Assembly: GCA_944391085.1 (NCBI GenBank)
Contig: CALXSE010000011.1
Coordinates: 4,012-68,011, forward strand
Direction: 5' to 3'
From: an uncultured Kiritimatiellota bacterium
GTDB lineage: Bacteria > Verrucomicrobiota > Kiritimatiellia > RFP12 > DVOR01
Length of the DNA stretch: 64,000 nucleotides
The translations under genes were made by a program, and so were the position numbers. Shown piece by piece: positions 62,766-64,000 of the stretch. Positions within the stretch are counted from its first letter, which is position 1; each line of letters begins with the position of its first letter. A model generated the notes under the pieces. That model made no database searches and was not told where the DNA came from. It was given only the letters and a program-made list of their open reading frames with translations.

Positions 62766-63883
62766 CGGCCTGCGCGACCCTCTTCTGCGCGGCGGCGCTC
62801 CTGGCCTGCCGCGCCCTCGCCGCCGCGACGCCCTCGGTGCTCGAGCTGCAGGGGCAGCACGCCGACACGCGCCGGCCGGACATCCTCTTCCTGGCGCCCA
62901 GGCCCACCGCCGAGCCCCAGGCCTACGCCGCGGCGCTCAGCGCCGCGGAGGCCGCCGGCACCGCCCTCCCGAACGCCTTCCTCGCCGACGCCGACTTCCG
63001 GTCCGGCGGGCCCCTGCCCATCCTCGACGCGGCGGGCTACCGCTTCCTGCCGGTGCGCGACGTGCCATGGCGCGAGGCCTGCGAGACCCTCGCCGGGATG
63101 CTCGCCCTGCGCCGGCGCTCGCGCGTGGAGGACGGCATCGCGCTCGACCCGCTCTGCGTGATGCTCTGCGAGGACGCCGCGCCCGGGGATCTCGCCGCCA
63201 CGCTCCCGGCGCTTCTGGCGACGGACGCGCTCGTCATCCTGGCCCCGCAGCGCGGCGGCCTGCCGCTGATCGTCTGCTGGCGCAACGTCGTCTGGCCCGC
63301 GCACCTCGACCCCAAGCCCATCGACGCCGACCATTGGATCCCCACGATGGCCGACATCGTGGGCCTCCCCCCGCCCGCGGAGTGCGCCGCGGCCTCCATC
63401 TTCCCCCTCCTCACCGGCGTGGGCTACCAGCGGCCCCTCGAGGCGCCCCCGACGGGCAGGCCCGTGGCCGGCGAGAAGGGCGCGTATGCCATGCTCAGCC
63501 ACTTCGAGGATTGGGCGGAGCCCTGCCCGTGGGTGCCGGACTTCACCAACGCCACGGCCTGCCGCGCCTCCGAGCGCCTGTTCCTGCCGCACACGCTGCC
63601 GCTCCCGGCCAAGGACGCGGGGCTGGTCGAGCCCTCGCGCGGCACGCAGGGCTTCTACGTCCGCGCCGAGCAGGCCGCGCTGGACCTGACCTTCCCCGCG
63701 GGCGTCTCGGCCGTGGTGCGCGTGGGGCAGCGCCCCGTCTTCTCGGTCTGGGAGCCCGCCGAGCCCGTGCGCTGGCGCCTGGAGGGCCCCGAGCCGCAGC
63801 TCATCGAACTGTTCATCGTCACGCCGCCCGGGTTCGACCACGCGGCGCTGCCGATCTTCCAACCCCCGGACACCCCTGATTGA
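62753..63883 (+). CDS. hypothetical secreted protein (weak resemblance to a degenerate sulfatase C-terminal region)
   Basis: Internal ATG at 62753 with signal peptide MARLTACATLFCAAALLACRALAA. DHWIPTMADIVGLPPP resembles a sulfatase block, but the catalytic N-terminal motifs are absent. Confidence 0.5.
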   Translation: MARLTACATLFCAAALLACRALAAATPSVLELQGQHADTRRPDILFLAPRPTAEPQAYAAALSAAEAAGTALPNAFLADADFRSGGPLPILDAAGYRFLPVRDVPWREACETLAGMLALRRRSRVEDGIALDPLCVMLCEDAAPGDLAATLPALLATDALVILAPQRGGLPLIVCWRNVVWPAHLDPKPIDADHWIPTMADIVGLPPPAECAAASIFPLLTGVGYQRPLEAPPTGRPVAGEKGAYAMLSHFEDWAEPCPWVPDFTNATACRASERLFLPHTLPLPAKDAGLVEPSRGTQGFYVRAEQAALDLTFPAGVSAVVRVGQRPVFSVWEPAEPVRWRLEGPEPQLIELFIVTPPGFDHAALPIFQPPDTPD

Positions 63884-63966
63884 GATGCCATGAGGGCCCT
63901 GGGCGCCCTGCCTGCCCTCGCGCCCGGCACGCCGCAGGGTCCCGGGGGTCGGCGGCAGCCCTACCG

Positions 63967-63978
63967 TTTTGGTATACT
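63967..63978 (+). promoter_or_regulatory. extended -10 (TTTTGGTATACT) for a gene starting beyond the right edge
   Basis: Motif match, followed by AAAGGAGAG (RBS-like) at the very end of the window. Confidence 0.5.
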
Positions 63979-64000
63979 GGGGGGCAACAAAGGAGAGAAC

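Noticed and set aside
1-64000. rRNA, tRNA, tmRNA, RNase P and SRP RNA genes.
   Set aside because: I scanned the intergenic regions by eye for hallmark strings (GGTTCGAATCC-type T-loops, GAGGAAAGTCC for RNase P, tmRNA ends) and found none. A tRNAscan or Infernal run is still needed to be sure.

Overview
High-GC (roughly 70%) bacterial chromosomal segment that is almost fully coding. I support 57 protein-coding genes, one of them a truncated dxs at the left edge. I recognised no rRNA, tRNA, transposase, integrase or CRISPR array. Three hallmarks point to a PVC-type organism (Verrucomicrobiota, Lentisphaerota or Kiritimatiellota-like): PEP-CTERM sorting signals, an orphan prepilin-type N-terminal protein, and a 719-aa long-form GreA. 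Most genes are housekeeping: dxs, prc, lptF/G-like, mcsA/mcsB, coaC, gmk, thiE, thi4, tig, asd, clpC, parE, nhaC, an M3 peptidase, an ABC-F ATPase, rubrerythrin, rpe, a MATE exporter and pgpA. Many sit in very tightly coupled arrays with 1-11 nt start/stop overlaps. The many long ORFs in the track that lie antisense to these genes are high-GC artefacts. Items worth a second look: (1) An accessory three-gene restriction-modification or defence-like island at 31269-36021. It encodes a methyltransferase-like protein with degenerate motif IV, an NPPY N6-adenine methyltransferase with an AT-rich mosaic 3' half, and a T5orf172/GIY-YIG-like SF2 helicase. It is preceded by a low-GC, strongly structured leader or inverted-repeat element. 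(2) Two paralogous three-hairpin RNA elements (40117-40175 plus strand, 50743-50808 minus strand), each directly behind a perfect TATAAT box. They share a 12-nt 5' box and show compensatory stem changes. They lie upstream of clpC and of an ABC-F gene. (3) A self-contained 37-aa gene encoding only a PEP-CTERM signal, with its own promoter, RBS and terminator, and a G10 tract in the promoter spacer. (4) A recurrent extended -10 motif TTTTGnTAnnnT, with at least five apparently leaderless genes. (5) Unusual fusions: HAD with radical-SAM/SPASM, a histone-H1-like tail with a DksA/TraR zinc finger, and Kelch/NanM-like with a sodium:solute symporter. (6) A degenerate ~60-bp tandem repeat field in the 860-bp clpC/malic-enzyme intergenic region. 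All functional calls come from my own recognition of motifs in the translations. No database search was run.
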